NCBI GenBank assembly: GCA_030390025.1 | Contig: CM059435.1 | Span: 85,126,001 to 85,190,000, forward strand | Origin: Squalus acanthias | Taxonomy: Eukaryota | Length of the DNA: 64,000 nt | Direction of reading: 5' to 3' | Shown: positions 62,126 to 64,000 of the stretch, piece by piece | Numbering within the stretch: the first letter of the stretch is position 1 | Layout: each line of letters starts with the position of its first letter | Notes under the pieces: model-generated | What the model saw: only the letters and a program-made list of their open reading frames with translations | What the model was told of the DNA's origin: nothing | The model's database searches: none | Translations under genes and position numbers: made by a program

Positions 62126-64000
62126 AGGAAAGTAGTGATGGCATGTGTAAAAACAAGGAAGGGCTTTCCTTCCTGATTTGTCATCCAGTGGCGCTCTCTT
62201 TTTTTCTCCCCTATTATAAATGTGTGCCAGTACCAAGTGAGAACTGAATCAGGCTAATGTAACCTACTCCTCAAAGCCTAACTTGTACACGGTGAATAGT
62301 CACTTGGGTGGAGCGCCACAAGGCTGCCACTGCTCGCCAGGGAATTATGACACAAAATGAATTCTGGTTTGCTTTAGGAAAGAAGAAATGGGGTAAAGGC
62401 AAAAACGAGGCAGAAGATTGAAATAAGAGCAAAATACTGTGGATACTAGAAATCTGAAATAAAACCAAAAACTGCTGGAAAACATTCAGCAGGTTGGGCA
62501 GCATCTGTGCCAGAATATCGGGGTGGGGTCAGTTGATTTTATTAGAAGGCACCATTGCAAATTTCTGGCATCTGAAAAATCATATCTACCAGCTCATGTC
62601 TACATTCAGCTGACATATATTTTGTATGTTTTCTGAAGGAAAGAGTTCTGATGCATGCCTACAAAACACATGTTGCAGGATAGATAATGATCACATTTAC
62701 TGTCGTCTTTCATATTTTTCTTAAATTAATCTAAATCCTTGCATCAGATTCTTGATCCCTTTCGGATCTGTCTGCATTTTGACCCCCTCAAAACTACAAT
62801 TAAGGTGAATAGTTTTACTCCACTGAAGTGAGTGCCATTGCTGGAGCAATGGGACTGGAATACTGCCCCGTATTGGCAATTAGCGTTAATATCCAGGACT
62901 CCCAGATCAGGTTGAGAATAGACAGATGCAAAATAATTTTCTCTTGACCTAACCCAAACAATGTGCTTCAACTCTTTGTCTCCAAAAAGCATTCCAGTAC
63001 CAGCGTTGACATTTTTATTTCTCTAACAAACCTTTTCAGTTTGATTGCCAACTTGATGATAATTCTTGTTTAAATTGCTAAAATACTCTTTTAGCCATTT
63101 CTTACAAAATGGAATTACTTTGGAAGCATTTTCAAGCCTATCCTGGATAAAATCTCTCTCAAAAATATTCCCCATACAAAATTTTCAGTTAAGAGCTAAT
63201 GGTCATTGTTAACAAAATTGTTTGATGCTTTTTGTAAATTATGACTACTGGTGTTACCCTCTGTTTTGGGAAATCTTTTCACAGATTTTCACATGAAGCT
63301 GATAGGGTGGCTTAAGTTTCATTGCATATCTTAATTATTGTCCTTTTCTACTATTGCTTGATTTTAACAGGTAAAAAGTGTTTGAAGTAAAATCTTTGGT
63401 TTGTTCTATGTGACAAGTTGGCTAAACTTCTTTTTTTAAACTGTTTTGGGGAGAAATAACCTCGTCACTTGAGATTCAATTTCTTTTTAAAACGAAAGAT
63501 CTCGGGTGGAGAATGACGGTGACTGTTACAGAGCACACTGTTCTCTCAGGACTACACAAAAAGTTCTACCTGATCTGGGAGTGTATTGTCAGAATTGTGT
63601 TCCCTTTAAATGCCTATTTAAGGCTATAGTATACAAACCGAAGAACAAATAATCAAATTCCACAAATGTATCTGTTCTACATATTCTTCTGCAACAATCA
63701 TTGACTGACTGACATTTTCTTGGGGGCAACTTTGCTGGTGATCCAGTTTACAACCGCACCATTATGTAATGTGCATTGGAATGTGGTTGCAGCAGAGAAT
63801 AAAGTTTTCTATTCATTGCATTTCACTAACCCAACTGAAATCCATACTGCAGCCTGAACAAACTGAGAAGTAACTGCCCCCTCCTCCATCCATATTGCAT
63901 AGTTTCTTAAGCCCCACAGTTCTGCCTTGTTTAGTGGAATTCTTCTGTGTGAGCGCATCCCATTTGTTTTGTTCTGAGGTTTGGTGCTTTTGAAATATTT

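Noticed and set aside
27570-64000. Further B4GALNT3 exons
   Set aside because: I found no segment resembling exon 2 by eye; it probably lies beyond the window, though a diverged exon could have been missed

Overview
Eukaryotic, repeat-rich vertebrate DNA. It is most likely a shark or other cartilaginous fish, inferred from HE1-type V-SINE, SacSINE1-type DeuSINE, abundant CR1/L2 LINEs and Penelope-type repeats. The only host coding sequence I can support is the first coding exon of a type II membrane glycosyltransferase, most likely B4GALNT3 (27419-27569, + strand, CpG-rich promoter). Everything downstream appears to be its large first intron; exon 2 was not found. The rest is a layered mosaic of mobile elements: a nearly complete 4.6-kb PIF/Harbinger transposon (TIRs, 3-bp TSD, DDE transposase and a convergent three-exon Myb/SANT gene) disrupted by a CR1 LINE, several internally deleted Harbinger derivatives and MITEs, many CR1 and L2 copies (often nested), a Tx1 3' end, and Penelope-like (PLE) remnants. 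The most notable observations are: (i) ~200-bp foldback PLE inserts with 14-15-bp target duplications, each carrying a minimal hammerhead ribozyme motif in the sense orientation of the intron; (ii) a CpG-decayed local duplicate of the exon 1/intron 1 junction 1.3 kb upstream of the gene; (iii) a 172-bp, ~96.5% identical inverted duplication in the intron; (iv) an old LINE copy apparently fused to a tRNA-like head. No CRISPR, rRNA or prokaryotic system is present. Boundaries of degenerate repeats are approximate and were read by eye.
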